Source: Candidatus Omnitrophota bacterium
Lineage (GTDB): Bacteria > Omnitrophota > Gorgyraeia > Zapsychrales > Zapsychraceae
Assembly: GCA_029261055.1 (NCBI GenBank)
Contig: JAJDCA010000037.1
Location: 10,291 to 74,290 of the forward strand
Length of the DNA: 64,000 bases
Reading direction: 5' to 3'
The first letter of the stretch is position 1, and the number at the start of each line of letters is the position of its first letter. Below the pieces are notes generated by a model. That model was not told the origin of the DNA and did not search any database. It worked only from the letters and a program-made list of their open reading frames with translations. Below, piece by piece: positions 35,204 to 44,867 of this stretch. The position numbers were made by a program, and so were the translations under genes.

Positions 35204-37306
35204 ATGAAGCAAAAAATTGCACTCAAGTACTCCAGCTCCATATTTATCAGCAACAATGACTCTAGTGATCACAATAACGCTATCTTGGTTGCTTCAATTA
35301 ATTCTGAATTGATGCAAAATGGGTTTATGCTAAGTCAAGATTCTAGCACTAAATTAGGTATGCTTAGTGATGTTGAACTTACTGACATATATAAAGACAT
35401 TGTTACTGAAGTCCGTATCCTCGTTGGTAACGATGTAGACTATCAACCAATGTACCCAAACTTTCCCGAACAGGTAATGAATGCTTCTGCATCAGAGCTT
35501 TTTCTTAATGCTATCACCCACTACTGGACACATGGCGAATGGAGTCCTAGCTATGAAAAATTACCTCGTGAAATAAGTTTTGAGAATGTTAATTTTAAAG
35601 AGATAAACTTAATTCATGATGTGGAATTTAATAAAATTTTCGAAACAATACTATCTTCGAATGATTCTATTTCTGACTTTGACAGAGAGACCATTGCGTG
35701 GTTTGTTGACACTCATAAGCAATGCAATTATGAAAACTTAAAAATTCCATTTAAAGAAAATATGTGCTTTCTTGCTGGATTACTTGCTGCAAACAATGAA
35801 GACATATCAAAACTACCACAAACGGCAACAGATGTTCTTAGGATTGCCACTGTGTTTTCTGGTGGAGATATATCATTAGCAGAAAATACTAAATTTAAAT
35901 CATTGCCACGAAAATTGCGTCGAATGTTAGTTTCTGCTTTAGAAAACGTGGCAAATTTAGATGATCTTATGCGACATAGAGGTAAATGGATTCGTCTGTT
36001 TCATAATCTACATATAAGTGAATTGACCAAATCGGCAAACTTGCTTGATATGGTGGAATTGATTAGAAGTGGCAAAAATATTGAAACATTTAATAGTAAG
36101 GTTGAGTTAACTATAGCGAACAAAGATCCGTTAGCCGCTATAGCTCTTTTAAAGACTCGCCCAGGGGATTTTGCTCGTCGCATCAGTTGTGTTTTGGGAC
36201 TAAAAGTTCCTGGACGTAGAACAGTTGTAGAAGAGTTTTTAAAAGTTGCTAATCAGGTATCAACGCGAGTTTTGCTTCAATTGATGGGCAGTTTAAAAAT
36301 TCGTGGAAATTCTACAACCGATAAAAGGGTAATATTTCCCAAGGGTAGTATTCAGAAGGCACAAATTGTCAATACAGAATTACCTAAGCTTGGCATAAGA
36401 GCAACGTTGGCTTTAACCAATGGTGTGAAGGAAGTACTGACTGAGAGATTTTCTAGCCTGGATAATCTTGGATGTGTCTACATTGATCCAGATCTTAAAA
36501 AATGTCCACTGCCATCTCAGCAGCGCAGTGCTTCAGAAGGTTTAATACAGGTTGCAAGAGGTACACATCTGCCAATCGGAGATGATAAAAATACATTAAG
36601 ATTTTTTGTATACTGGATAGGGCAAGATATAGATTTAAGTGCTACATTTCATGATGAAAATTTTAGAACTATTGGAAATGTTTCATATAGGAATCTACAA
36701 AATAAACTATTTGGATCATATCATAGTGGAGACAAGACCAAAGCTCCAAATGGCGAATGTGAATTTATTGACGTAAATATTGACGATGCCGTTAAATCTG
36801 GTACAAGATATGTGGTTATGAATGTGTTAGTGTATAGTGGTCCAAAATTCTCTGAGCACGAAAAATGTTATGTTGGATGGATGACTCGTTCTCAACCCAA
36901 TAGTAATGAGATATTTGACGCTAAGACAGTAGATCAAAAGATTGACCTAGCTTCAGAATGCCTAAACTCTATTCCAGTCGTGTTTGATTTAGTAGAAAGA
37001 AAGGCAATATGGACAGACTTATCAACCTCCAAAAATGTTCAGTGGGGTGGCAATAATGTAGAATCCAATAGGGCTACCATCGAGGACAAGTTGGAAGCTA
37101 TTACTAGCTTAAACAATAAGACTAATTTGTTTGAGCTATTTGAACTACATGCAATGGCTAGATCTACTGCTATTGTAGATGATCCCGAAAATGCAGAGAT
37201 GATATTTTCTGTAGAAAATTGTGGTGACATTACGCCAAGTAACATCATGTTAATAAATTCTGAATATTTGACCGATAGTACAGCAACAAAGAAAGAAAAT
37301 GTATAA
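35204..37306 (+). CDS. large hypothetical protein (700 aa)
   Basis: ORF track. ATG 35204 preferred because TTG 35156 lies inside element D. No recognised motif. Confidence 0.5.
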   Translation: MKQKIALKYSSSIFISNNDSSDHNNAILVASINSELMQNGFMLSQDSSTKLGMLSDVELTDIYKDIVTEVRILVGNDVDYQPMYPNFPEQVMNASASELFLNAITHYWTHGEWSPSYEKLPREISFENVNFKEINLIHDVEFNKIFETILSSNDSISDFDRETIAWFVDTHKQCNYENLKIPFKENMCFLAGLLAANNEDISKLPQTATDVLRIATVFSGGDISLAENTKFKSLPRKLRRMLVSALENVANLDDLMRHRGKWIRLFHNLHISELTKSANLLDMVELIRSGKNIETFNSKVELTIANKDPLAAIALLKTRPGDFARRISCVLGLKVPGRRTVVEEFLKVANQVSTRVLLQLMGSLKIRGNSTTDKRVIFPKGSIQKAQIVNTELPKLGIRATLALTNGVKEVLTERFSSLDNLGCVYIDPDLKKCPLPSQQRSASEGLIQVARGTHLPIGDDKNTLRFFVYWIGQDIDLSATFHDENFRTIGNVSYRNLQNKLFGSYHSGDKTKAPNGECEFIDVNIDDAVKSGTRYVVMNVLVYSGPKFSEHEKCYVGWMTRSQPNSNEIFDAKTVDQKIDLASECLNSIPVVFDLVERKAIWTDLSTSKNVQWGGNNVESNRATIEDKLEAITSLNNKTNLFELFELHAMARSTAIVDDPENAEMIFSVENCGDITPSNIMLINSEYLTDSTATKKENV

Positions 37307-37308
37307 TT

Positions 37309-38052
37309 ATGCATAGCCCTGAACAAGATAATCAAGAAGAAAATATAATAGAGGTATTACAAGATGTGGCTGATTCCGTAATAGCTGCACCTAACAAAAA
37401 TGCATCTGAAGCACAGATTGCTATTACAGGTAATGAAACTGAAAATGAATCTCTAATCTTATCTCCGAATCTAATGTTAGATATGGTTGATATAGAAACA
37501 GACCTGGATAGACTAACTGTCAATTGTACAGATGTAAAAGATGACGAAATTGATGAAATTAAACGACAACTACATGCAAATATGGTTCTTTTGGACAAAT
37601 CCGCATTAGGATTATCTGCAATACAGATTGGCATTCCAAAAAGAGCTTTTGTGATTAAGGTGATCAACAAAGATAGACCAATGCGCCGCAAACTATCATT
37701 TGATGAAAAATATAATTTAATATATTTTATTAATCCAGAGATTATATTTTCGCAATACCCTCGTCATATGGTTGAATCATGTCTTAGTATCCCTCGTGAA
37801 AAATTTCGTGTTGAAAGATGCTCTCGGGTTAGGATTACAGATGATCTAAATGGTGAACAAATGTTTAAAAATAAACTAGCGCATGTTGTACAGCATGAAT
37901 TTGATCATACTCGTGGAATTACACTGTACCAGTCTGGTAATCAAGAAATCGTACAAGTAGATGACAATGCTAGGGTAGATATTGGTTTCCTTAGCGAACG
38001 TGAAAGACAATCTTTATTTGAGACAACTGGGAGGTTGGATTATGGGACTTAA
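37309..38052 (+). CDS. def: peptide deformylase with ~75-aa acidic N-terminal extension
   Basis: Motif I GLSAIQIG, motif II ESCLSIP (EGCLS), motif III QHEFDHTRG (HExxH). Confidence 0.8.
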   Translation: MHSPEQDNQEENIIEVLQDVADSVIAAPNKNASEAQIAITGNETENESLILSPNLMLDMVDIETDLDRLTVNCTDVKDDEIDEIKRQLHANMVLLDKSALGLSAIQIGIPKRAFVIKVINKDRPMRRKLSFDEKYNLIYFINPEIIFSQYPRHMVESCLSIPREKFRVERCSRVRITDDLNGEQMFKNKLAHVVQHEFDHTRGITLYQSGNQEIVQVDDNARVDIGFLSERERQSLFETTGRLDYGT

Positions 38053-38314
38053 ACAAGAATACATTGGAAACATTCAGCCATTATGCTTGGCTGCATTGGC
38101 GGAAAAGTGGAACACTGTAGATAGTATTGTCAAGTCAATGGACGATATATTAGATGGCGCTGCTTCTGATTCTGGAATCGCCGCATCTCAAGCACATTTT
38201 GATTTTTTAGATGCTCATGCTAGAATTGAAACATCTCGCAGAACACGCAATAAGGAGTCACTATGCACTGCTGCTGCACAAGCGGCAGATATACTGGACC
38301 CCGCTCAGCCTTAA
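38042..38314 (+). CDS. hypothetical protein
   Basis: ATG 38042 with RBS GGGAGGTTGGATT; the track ORF from 37982 overlaps the def 3' end. Confidence 0.45.
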   Translation: MGLKQEYIGNIQPLCLAALAEKWNTVDSIVKSMDDILDGAASDSGIAASQAHFDFLDAHARIETSRRTRNKESLCTAAAQAADILDPAQP

Positions 38315-38326
38315 TTGGTAGCAGAT

Positions 38327-38397
38327 GGCTCTGTAGTTTAATGGTAAAACAGCCGATTCTAACTCGGTATTTGCAGGTTCAAATCCTGTCGGAGTCT
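38327..38397 (+). tRNA. second suppressor-type tRNA, anticodon CUA
   Basis: Acceptor GGCTCTG/CGGAGTC, D arm GTTT-AATGGTA-AAAC, anticodon arm GCCGA-TTCTAAC-TCGGT, T arm GCAGG-TTCAAAT-CCTGT. Confidence 0.6.
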
Positions 38398-38479
38398 TTA
38401 TTTTAGCAATGACAAATCGTATAATAAACACATTAAAAGGAGAATAAATCAAATGTTGTAGACAGTATCATATCTTTAC

Positions 38480-38767
38480 GTGTTAGTTAGACTGGACTTA
38501 ACCAGATCTCAACAAACTGTCCAAGCTGCTCATGCAGCAATTGAGGCAGCTCGCCAATTACCCATCCATGAAACACATCCCCATTTAGTAATATGTGGTA
38601 TAGATGATCTATATTCACTAGAAAAGGCGCTAGGTTGTCTTGAGTTTAAGGGACTGTCGTGTTTTAAATTTTATGAACCAGATATCAATAATGAATTAAC
38701 GGCTATTGCTGTAGGTCTATTGAGAGGCAAGGCATGTCGCCCACTCTCTAAGTATAAACTGCTTTAA
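38480..38767 (+). CDS. PTH2-family peptidyl-tRNA hydrolase
   Basis: QTVQAAHAAIEAA (GKxAAQCxHAA block), HLVICGIDDLYSLEKALG, TAIAVGLLRG; GTG start. Confidence 0.55.
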   Translation: MLVRLDLTRSQQTVQAAHAAIEAARQLPIHETHPHLVICGIDDLYSLEKALGCLEFKGLSCFKFYEPDINNELTAIAVGLLRGKACRPLSKYKLL

Positions 38768-38776
38768 GGAGGCAAA

Positions 38777-39163
38777 ATGAGTACTTTTAAATCAAGCTGG
38801 GGTTATCATTCCGTAGATTACAAAGATTTTTTAATATTAAAAGAGATGCACAAAATGTATTGGGAATCTCTAAAAGAGGCATATCAGTGGATGCGATGGC
38901 AGAGAAAACATCCCAGAAACCGCCGAGGGGAGGAGCCAAAAGTTAACGATCTGTTTATAGATACTGCCAAAAGTTCTTATTTTTTCACCGCCGATGAAGA
39001 CGGTAACAGTAGATGTCATAACTTACCCTTTACTTGCAAATTTGACACCATAGTAGCTGACTTTCAAGACGCTAGAATGCCGGTAAAAGAAGAGTGTGAT
39101 ATCAAGGAGCTAGATATGGCTAAATACCTAGAATTGTACCGCGAAATCACGTCTGTAAGGTAA
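38777..39163 (+). CDS. hypothetical protein
   Basis: RBS AAGGAGGCAAA. Confidence 0.5.
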   Translation: MSTFKSSWGYHSVDYKDFLILKEMHKMYWESLKEAYQWMRWQRKHPRNRRGEEPKVNDLFIDTAKSSYFFTADEDGNSRCHNLPFTCKFDTIVADFQDARMPVKEECDIKELDMAKYLELYREITSVR

Positions 39164-39280
39164 CGTTGATCGCTCCACGCTATTTGCTTTTCTCTGCAAA
39201 AGTATGCAGCATTTTATATGATTATAGATATAATTAGAGTAGTGATATTTAATGTTGTAAATTAGTTAAGGACGGTTGTT

Positions 39281-39772
39281 TTGTCAAGGCAGAAGTATTA
39301 TGGAAGAAAAAAAACCCATAGATTAGTTATTATATTTTCTATGGTAGTATTATTGATTGGTCTTGTCTCTTCTTACTACGGGACAAGACCAATAATTATA
39401 CAGGGATTAAGTATGTTTCCATCTATATCTCATAAAGATAGATTTATATCTATTGAGAATTTCAATATAAATAGATTTGACATTGTATCTGTAGTTGTAA
39501 ACAATGAAAACCTATGCAAGAGAGTAATTGGCTTGCCTAAAGATGTAATTCAATTTACTAAAAATAATATTATAATAAATAATGAACTTATGACAGAATA
39601 TTATGTTCTTGATATTTCAGATTACGAGATTGGCAAATCATACACTCTTAAAGACGATGAGTATTTTGTAATGGGTGATAATCGCAATAATTCTCATGAC
39701 TCTAGAGCATTTGGACCTATTAAAAAAATTCAGATAAAGTCAAAAATACTTCATAGGGTTTGGAGACAGTAA
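39281..39772 (+). CDS. lepB: signal peptidase I (S26 family)
   Basis: Basic N-region plus TM, Ser box GLSMFPSIS, Lys box CKRVIGLPKD, box E VMGDNRNNSHDSRAFGPI; TTG start with RBS TAAGGACGG. Confidence 0.75.
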   Translation: MSRQKYYGRKKTHRLVIIFSMVVLLIGLVSSYYGTRPIIIQGLSMFPSISHKDRFISIENFNINRFDIVSVVVNNENLCKRVIGLPKDVIQFTKNNIIINNELMTEYYVLDISDYEIGKSYTLKDDEYFVMGDNRNNSHDSRAFGPIKKIQIKSKILHRVWRQ

Positions 39773-40734
39773 TGAAAAAACCATTATTATCAATAATTGT
39801 ACCTTGTGCTCCAAATCGAACACAGCGTGTTAAGACAATCATATCTAGATTAAGTTTAAATAAAGGATTGCATCCAGAAATCCCATTTGAATTAATAATT
39901 GTTGATGGTGGATCTACAGATGAATTAAAAGAAATATGCATGGCTGCAAGAGTACATCTAGACATAAAGTATATATATTTACCACTGTATCAATTTATCA
40001 ATCCGTCCTACCCTCGAAATGTTGGATTTAGAATTGCAGAGGGCGATATATTTACTATGCTAGATGCGGACTATTGGGTTGGAGAAGATTTTATAGTTGG
40101 TGCTACCAAGCCCTTTTTAAATGGTGACAGGGATATTATTAACAATGGTTATGTTATTGACACGTCTGAGAACAATAGAGGTGGCCAACGTGTTGCAGAG
40201 CATATAAATAGCTGTTTATTAGATTCAGTAAATTTAAAGAAAACAATATTGAGTCTTTATGATGTGTGCAATATACCTAAACCATGTGAACCAAAGCATA
40301 TTTGGCTGTGGTCAGCACCAAGACAAAATTATTTTAAGATGAATGGGTATGATGAAAAATATGTTTTAGGTGGCTGGTGTAGAGAGGACGATGATTTTTT
40401 CTATCGTACAATGGAGACAGGACTCAAAAGACATAAAAATGAATATGATAAATTTTGCTGTTTGCATATGTGGCACGAACAGGGTGTAAGGTCTAACGCC
40501 AATGTTAATCGTGAATATTATAGTAAAGTACTACCTAGTAACTTTATTAGAAATATAAATCACCAGTGGGGAAAAATGTTAGCAGGCTCATACTGTGATA
40601 TTGGTGGCACAGCACTTGACCATTACGAAACAGAAGAATGGATTGAAACAAATCAATCGGATGTTGTGTCTTATAAAAATGAAAAGCCATGGAAGTCAAT
40701 AGAAGAACTTAAGCAAAGTATAGAAAAGAGCTGA
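39772..40734 (+). CDS. GT2-family glycosyltransferase
   Basis: LSIIVPCAPNRTQRV..., LIIVDGGSTD, TMLDADYW (DxD-like). Confidence 0.65.
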   Translation: MKKPLLSIIVPCAPNRTQRVKTIISRLSLNKGLHPEIPFELIIVDGGSTDELKEICMAARVHLDIKYIYLPLYQFINPSYPRNVGFRIAEGDIFTMLDADYWVGEDFIVGATKPFLNGDRDIINNGYVIDTSENNRGGQRVAEHINSCLLDSVNLKKTILSLYDVCNIPKPCEPKHIWLWSAPRQNYFKMNGYDEKYVLGGWCREDDDFFYRTMETGLKRHKNEYDKFCCLHMWHEQGVRSNANVNREYYSKVLPSNFIRNINHQWGKMLAGSYCDIGGTALDHYETEEWIETNQSDVVSYKNEKPWKSIEELKQSIEKS

Positions 40735-40735
40735 G

Positions 40736-41125
40736 ATGAAGACAATAATAGCCGGAGGACGTAAAATACATGATAAAAAACTGTTGTGGGATATTGTAAA
40801 AGATATTGATTTTGACATAACAGAAATAGTGTCTGGTTGTGCAAATGGTGTTGATACAATGGGTGAAAAATATGCTAAATGGGCTAACATACCTGTTAAG
40901 CAATTTCCTGCCGATTGGGGAAACCTAGACTTGCCTGGTGCTCGTATTAAAGAAAATGAATATGGCAAATACAATGCTACTGCTGGACTTTTCAGAAATG
41001 ATGAAATGGCAAGGTATGCAGGTGCATTAATATTAATTTGGGATGGAGAGAGTTCTGGCAGTAGAAATATGCTAGAATTGGCTGAAGAATATGGTTTAGT
41101 TATTTTAGAAAAAGTAATACAGTAA
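40736..41125 (+). CDS. DUF2493/SLOG-family Rossmann protein
   Basis: IIAGGRKIHD...IVSGCANGVDTMGEKYAKWANIPVKQFPADWGN...AGLFRNDEM...IWDGESSGSRNMLELAEEYGL. Confidence 0.5.
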   Translation: MKTIIAGGRKIHDKKLLWDIVKDIDFDITEIVSGCANGVDTMGEKYAKWANIPVKQFPADWGNLDLPGARIKENEYGKYNATAGLFRNDEMARYAGALILIWDGESSGSRNMLELAEEYGLVILEKVIQ

Positions 41126-41140
41126 AATAAGGATTTTAAG

Positions 41141-41569
41141 ATGCAGGGGTTTCCACAAGATAATGTATTGGGTCAAACAGGTGTTGATCAAGATAATATT
41201 ACTCCAGAAATGCTACAGCAAAAAGCTGTAATGGATGAAAGAAACAGGATCATAAATAAGTTTATGACTGGTGTTCAGTCCGTTGGTATGGTTGACGCTA
41301 CAACTAATCGCGGTATTTTAAATGGTTTATTAGCTGACAATATTGACATAATTGTTGGATGTGCAACTTTTAAAAATATATCTAAGAGAATATCGAGTGC
41401 CAGAGACATTGGTTTAGATAGTATAATTGTATCCTGTGAAGAAATTGAAGAGATTGAGTACCAAATGAAGGGCAACGAAATAAGTTCTGGATCGTGGATA
41501 TCTGTACTCACAACATTGCAGTACGGAGTAATACGCAAAGATAATGGTGAGGTTATAGTTCTGTGGTAA
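41141..41569 (+). CDS. hypothetical protein
   Basis: ORF track. Confidence 0.45.
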   Translation: MQGFPQDNVLGQTGVDQDNITPEMLQQKAVMDERNRIINKFMTGVQSVGMVDATTNRGILNGLLADNIDIIVGCATFKNISKRISSARDIGLDSIIVSCEEIEEIEYQMKGNEISSGSWISVLTTLQYGVIRKDNGEVIVLW

Positions 41570-42036
41570 ATTTTAAAAAAAAGCCAAAATCTGATTGTAA
41601 CACTATAGGTATTTGTGCAGGTTGCTTCACTATTCTTACACCCAATCATGTCAAGTATTTGGAAGAGGCAAGGGATGCATGTGATTATTTAATAGTCATA
41701 ACTAATTCGGATAAGTATATACTTGATAAAAAGGGCATTGTTCCCATATCTTGTGAAGGTAGAATGCAGATATTATCAGGATTAAAATCCGTTGATGAAG
41801 TATCTAGCTTTGAAGAAGAGGATGAGCATGACTGGATTGACAGATTTAAAAGAACTAGATTGTCTGAGTTTGCAGAAAATGCCAAGACAGTAGTGTTTCA
41901 TGATCAGTGTGCTATGTTTAATAAATTTCCAGATGATATTCCAGGATTTGGAGTGGCAGACATTGTAACTATGATTAGTCGTAAGGCTGGAGTGGCTGTT
42001 TCAGATATTTTTAGAAAGATTAAAAATGAAAAATAA
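41563..42036 (+). CDS. hldE: D-glycero-beta-D-manno-heptose-1-phosphate adenylyltransferase (HldE domain II-like), HxGH replaced by TPNH
   Basis: GICAGCFTILTPNHVKYLEEAR, LIVITNSD (VNSD block), R..ILSGLKSVDEVSSFEEEDEHD. Confidence 0.65.
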   Translation: MVNFKKKPKSDCNTIGICAGCFTILTPNHVKYLEEARDACDYLIVITNSDKYILDKKGIVPISCEGRMQILSGLKSVDEVSSFEEEDEHDWIDRFKRTRLSEFAENAKTVVFHDQCAMFNKFPDDIPGFGVADIVTMISRKAGVAVSDIFRKIKNEK

Positions 42037-42967
42037 TATACTCGTAATAGGTGATGCGATGTTAGATTCTCATGTAATGGGTCATACTGATCGCATATCA
42101 CCAGAAGCACCTGTACCAGTTGTTAGTGATGTCGAGAAGATTTGCAAGCTTGGCGGTGCTGCTAATGTGGCTGCACAAGTATCAGTTTATGCTGACAATA
42201 CAGTAATGATGTATAAAATAACATCTGGCGATCCTTTAGAACACAATGAAATGTGCAAATTGCTGAAGGAGAAAAATATTTATTTCCTTCCCATGTCACT
42301 TCCAAGAAGTAGTAAAACTATGATACCTGTAAAAGAAAGAGTTTGGGTTGGTAAACAGCAGATTTGTCGCATAGACAGAGAAAATACAGACCGCCCAACG
42401 CTTAAGGAATCAGCACAGTGGATAGAGGATATAAAAACTACTATTAAAGAATACGGCATTACTAAGGTAATATTTTCGGACTATGACAAGGGTACATTAA
42501 CGGACGGAATTATAGAGAGCATAGCTCGTTACTGCAACAGTCGTCAAATAATTACAGTACTAGACCCCAAAAGACCCACGTTCTCCGGTATTAAATTTTT
42601 ATCCGCCGTAAAGTGCAACGAAAAGGAATTACAATCAACCGGACTCAATAATATTGATGAATTATCCTCTAGTATGGCCGGAGTACGCATTATTCAAACT
42701 CGCGGGAATAAGTCAACCAAGGTTAGTTTATCCTCTATGCTTGGACTACAAAGCAGTGTAGTAGATGTCACTGAGTCAGACGTTGTTGACACATGCGGAT
42801 GTGGAGATATTCATATCGCAATACTAACACTTATGTTTGATGGAACTAATATTTTGTCAGCGGTTAGGTGTGCAAACAGTGCAGCATCATTGTCGGCCAA
42901 GCATCTTGGTTGTTACACACTATCTAAAGAGGAGATCGAAAGTTGCATACAAAGCCACACTTCTTAG
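42026..42967 (+). CDS. hldE: D-glycero-beta-D-manno-heptose-7-phosphate kinase (HldE domain I / RfaE-like)
   Basis: ILVIGDAMLD, RISPEAPVPVV, GGAANVA, VIFSDYDKG, DTCGCGD. Confidence 0.8.
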   Translation: MKNNILVIGDAMLDSHVMGHTDRISPEAPVPVVSDVEKICKLGGAANVAAQVSVYADNTVMMYKITSGDPLEHNEMCKLLKEKNIYFLPMSLPRSSKTMIPVKERVWVGKQQICRIDRENTDRPTLKESAQWIEDIKTTIKEYGITKVIFSDYDKGTLTDGIIESIARYCNSRQIITVLDPKRPTFSGIKFLSAVKCNEKELQSTGLNNIDELSSSMAGVRIIQTRGNKSTKVSLSSMLGLQSSVVDVTESDVVDTCGCGDIHIAILTLMFDGTNILSAVRCANSAASLSAKHLGCYTLSKEEIESCIQSHTS

Positions 42968-43920
42968 TAACTGGTGGATTAGGATTTATTGGATCTGCAC
43001 TAGTTGATAGATTAGAAAGAGATTATCCAAGTGTAGGTATTTTGATAATTGATAATCTTACACACTCTAGTTCTACAAAGGGAGATGAGTTTACAAATAG
43101 AGTTTTTGCACGTAGCTTAAGTCATAATGTTTTTTGTGATTTCTCAGATTACTTGCTGGAGTCATATAATGTGCAATGTGTATTTCATTTGGCAGCACTG
43201 AGCAACACTTCAACAGAATCCATGGCAGACTTATTTGAGCAAAACGTCAAGGCTACTGAACTGCTGGTTAAGTCAGCAGTTAAAAATAATATACCTATGG
43301 TGTATGCATCTTCTGCTAGCGTTTATGGTAATGAAAAAGTACCAATGGAGGAAGACCAAGATTTATTTCCTATAAGTAATTACGGTATTTCAAAAATGTT
43401 GTCTGATTTGACAGTCGATAAATATATGGATGTTGGAAATAGTATTGCTGGTTTAAGAATTTTTAACTGTTATGGACCAGGAGAAGATCACAAGCAGTAC
43501 ACCAACTCATGTTCTCCAATGCTGACATTCTATAATTCACTATCTAGTGGGAGTGGAGTCAGTCTATTTAACGACAGTAAACAATATTTTCGTGACTTTA
43601 TATATATAGATGATGTTGTAGAAGCTATTGTGTGTTCATATAGACAAGGACTAGATGGAATCTTTAATGTTGGCTCAGGAGAGTGTCATAGTTTTTATGA
43701 TATTGCTAAGCTTATTGCAGAAGAATTAGGTATAATGAATATAGACGATCTTATTACGTGGAAGTCAATGAGTGACGAGATGTATAATAGATATCAGGCA
43801 CATACGCTTTCATGCAACGAAAATTCTCCATTTAATTTTCTTTATAAAGATGTTAGAACTGGTGTAAAGAAATACATTGAATATTTAAAGAGTAGGAACA
43901 ATGGACAAAAAGCTTACTGA
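42943..43920 (+). CDS. hldD: ADP-L-glycero-D-manno-heptose-6-epimerase (HldD/RfaD)
   Basis: FLVTGGLGFIGS, YASSASVYG, SNYGISK (YxxxK), RIFNCYGPGEDHK, RDFIYIDDV, GIFNVGSG, RYQAHT. Confidence 0.75.
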   Translation: MHTKPHFLVTGGLGFIGSALVDRLERDYPSVGILIIDNLTHSSSTKGDEFTNRVFARSLSHNVFCDFSDYLLESYNVQCVFHLAALSNTSTESMADLFEQNVKATELLVKSAVKNNIPMVYASSASVYGNEKVPMEEDQDLFPISNYGISKMLSDLTVDKYMDVGNSIAGLRIFNCYGPGEDHKQYTNSCSPMLTFYNSLSSGSGVSLFNDSKQYFRDFIYIDDVVEAIVCSYRQGLDGIFNVGSGECHSFYDIAKLIAEELGIMNIDDLITWKSMSDEMYNRYQAHTLSCNENSPFNFLYKDVRTGVKKYIEYLKSRNNGQKAY

Positions 43921-44092
43921 TAAAATTAAAAAAATGTACAAAGAGGACTTCATGAGCCTAAATGAGATTGGCAGGTTGCTTGATCTACATCAAGAGACAG
44001 TCAAAAGAAGGCTTGTAAAGATGGGTGTTAGAATCAGAAGTAGAAGCATGTCAATGGATATCCATCATGCTAAAAGAAGAAAAAAATCTTAG
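43901..44092 (+). CDS. small HTH protein
   Basis: MSLNEIGRLLDLHQETVKRRLVKMG helix-turn-helix. Confidence 0.4.
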   Translation: MDKKLTDKIKKMYKEDFMSLNEIGRLLDLHQETVKRRLVKMGVRIRSRSMSMDIHHAKRRKKS

Positions 44093-44108
44093 AGTTAGGA
44101 ATTTTATA

Positions 44109-44864
44109 ATGGCTGGAAAGAAACCAACCGAGAAGGATCTACAAGGCAAGAGCTTTACTACTATTTTTGGAGATGAGTATAAGGTGTCTGATCACTTTGA
44201 ACCCAGTGACTTTATCTTGCTAAAGCAAGGGTCTAGAGATAGTCTATTTGTTAGACATGATCCACTGTTGCGTGTAGCTAAAGACGAAGATGTTCTTGGA
44301 ATTTTAGGTAGAAAAGTAGAAGTTAACCAAAGTCCTAGTAGGGATAATGAATGGTGTGCTACATCTACTGTTACTTATAAATTTGGCGGTAAAGATGAAT
44401 CTATAACATGGTCTGATTGTGCAGATTGTCGCAAAGGAAATGCTCGTGGTGGATATGCAACATATTCTACTGCAATGTCCACAACAAGAGCTTCTGCTAG
44501 GGCACTGAGGTTTGCTCTTGGTTTAGAATTTTGTAGTGCTGAAGAAATGGGTGACATAGATGATATGGTAGATGAATCATTTACTGATCCTATAGACGAT
44601 GCTCAATTGAATGTAATAAAAAGCAAATACATTAAGCAATATGGATATACACTAGAAGATATAGTGTCATACATTTTAAAAACCTTTGAACGAAACGTTG
44701 ACGTATTAGAGGATATTTACAAGGGCGAAGCAGCACAATTGTTACAATATTTGAATAAGTCTAAAAAACCAGTTGACAAGGTTAAGAAGCCAGCAAAAGA
44801 AACCAAGAAGAAAGTAAGCAAAACTAAAAAGAAAACAAGCAAAGTCAAGAAAAAGGAGGAGTAA
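44109..44864 (+). CDS. putative Rad52/Sak-like single-strand annealing protein with Lys-rich tail
   Basis: GGYATYSTAMSTTRASARALRFALGL resembles the Rad52 block KEAxTDxLKRALRxFG; C-terminal KKPVDKVKKPAKETKKK. ATG 44109 with RBS AGGAAT. Confidence 0.3.
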   Translation: MAGKKPTEKDLQGKSFTTIFGDEYKVSDHFEPSDFILLKQGSRDSLFVRHDPLLRVAKDEDVLGILGRKVEVNQSPSRDNEWCATSTVTYKFGGKDESITWSDCADCRKGNARGGYATYSTAMSTTRASARALRFALGLEFCSAEEMGDIDDMVDESFTDPIDDAQLNVIKSKYIKQYGYTLEDIVSYILKTFERNVDVLEDIYKGEAAQLLQYLNKSKKPVDKVKKPAKETKKKVSKTKKKTSKVKKKEE

Positions 44865-44867
44865 TAG

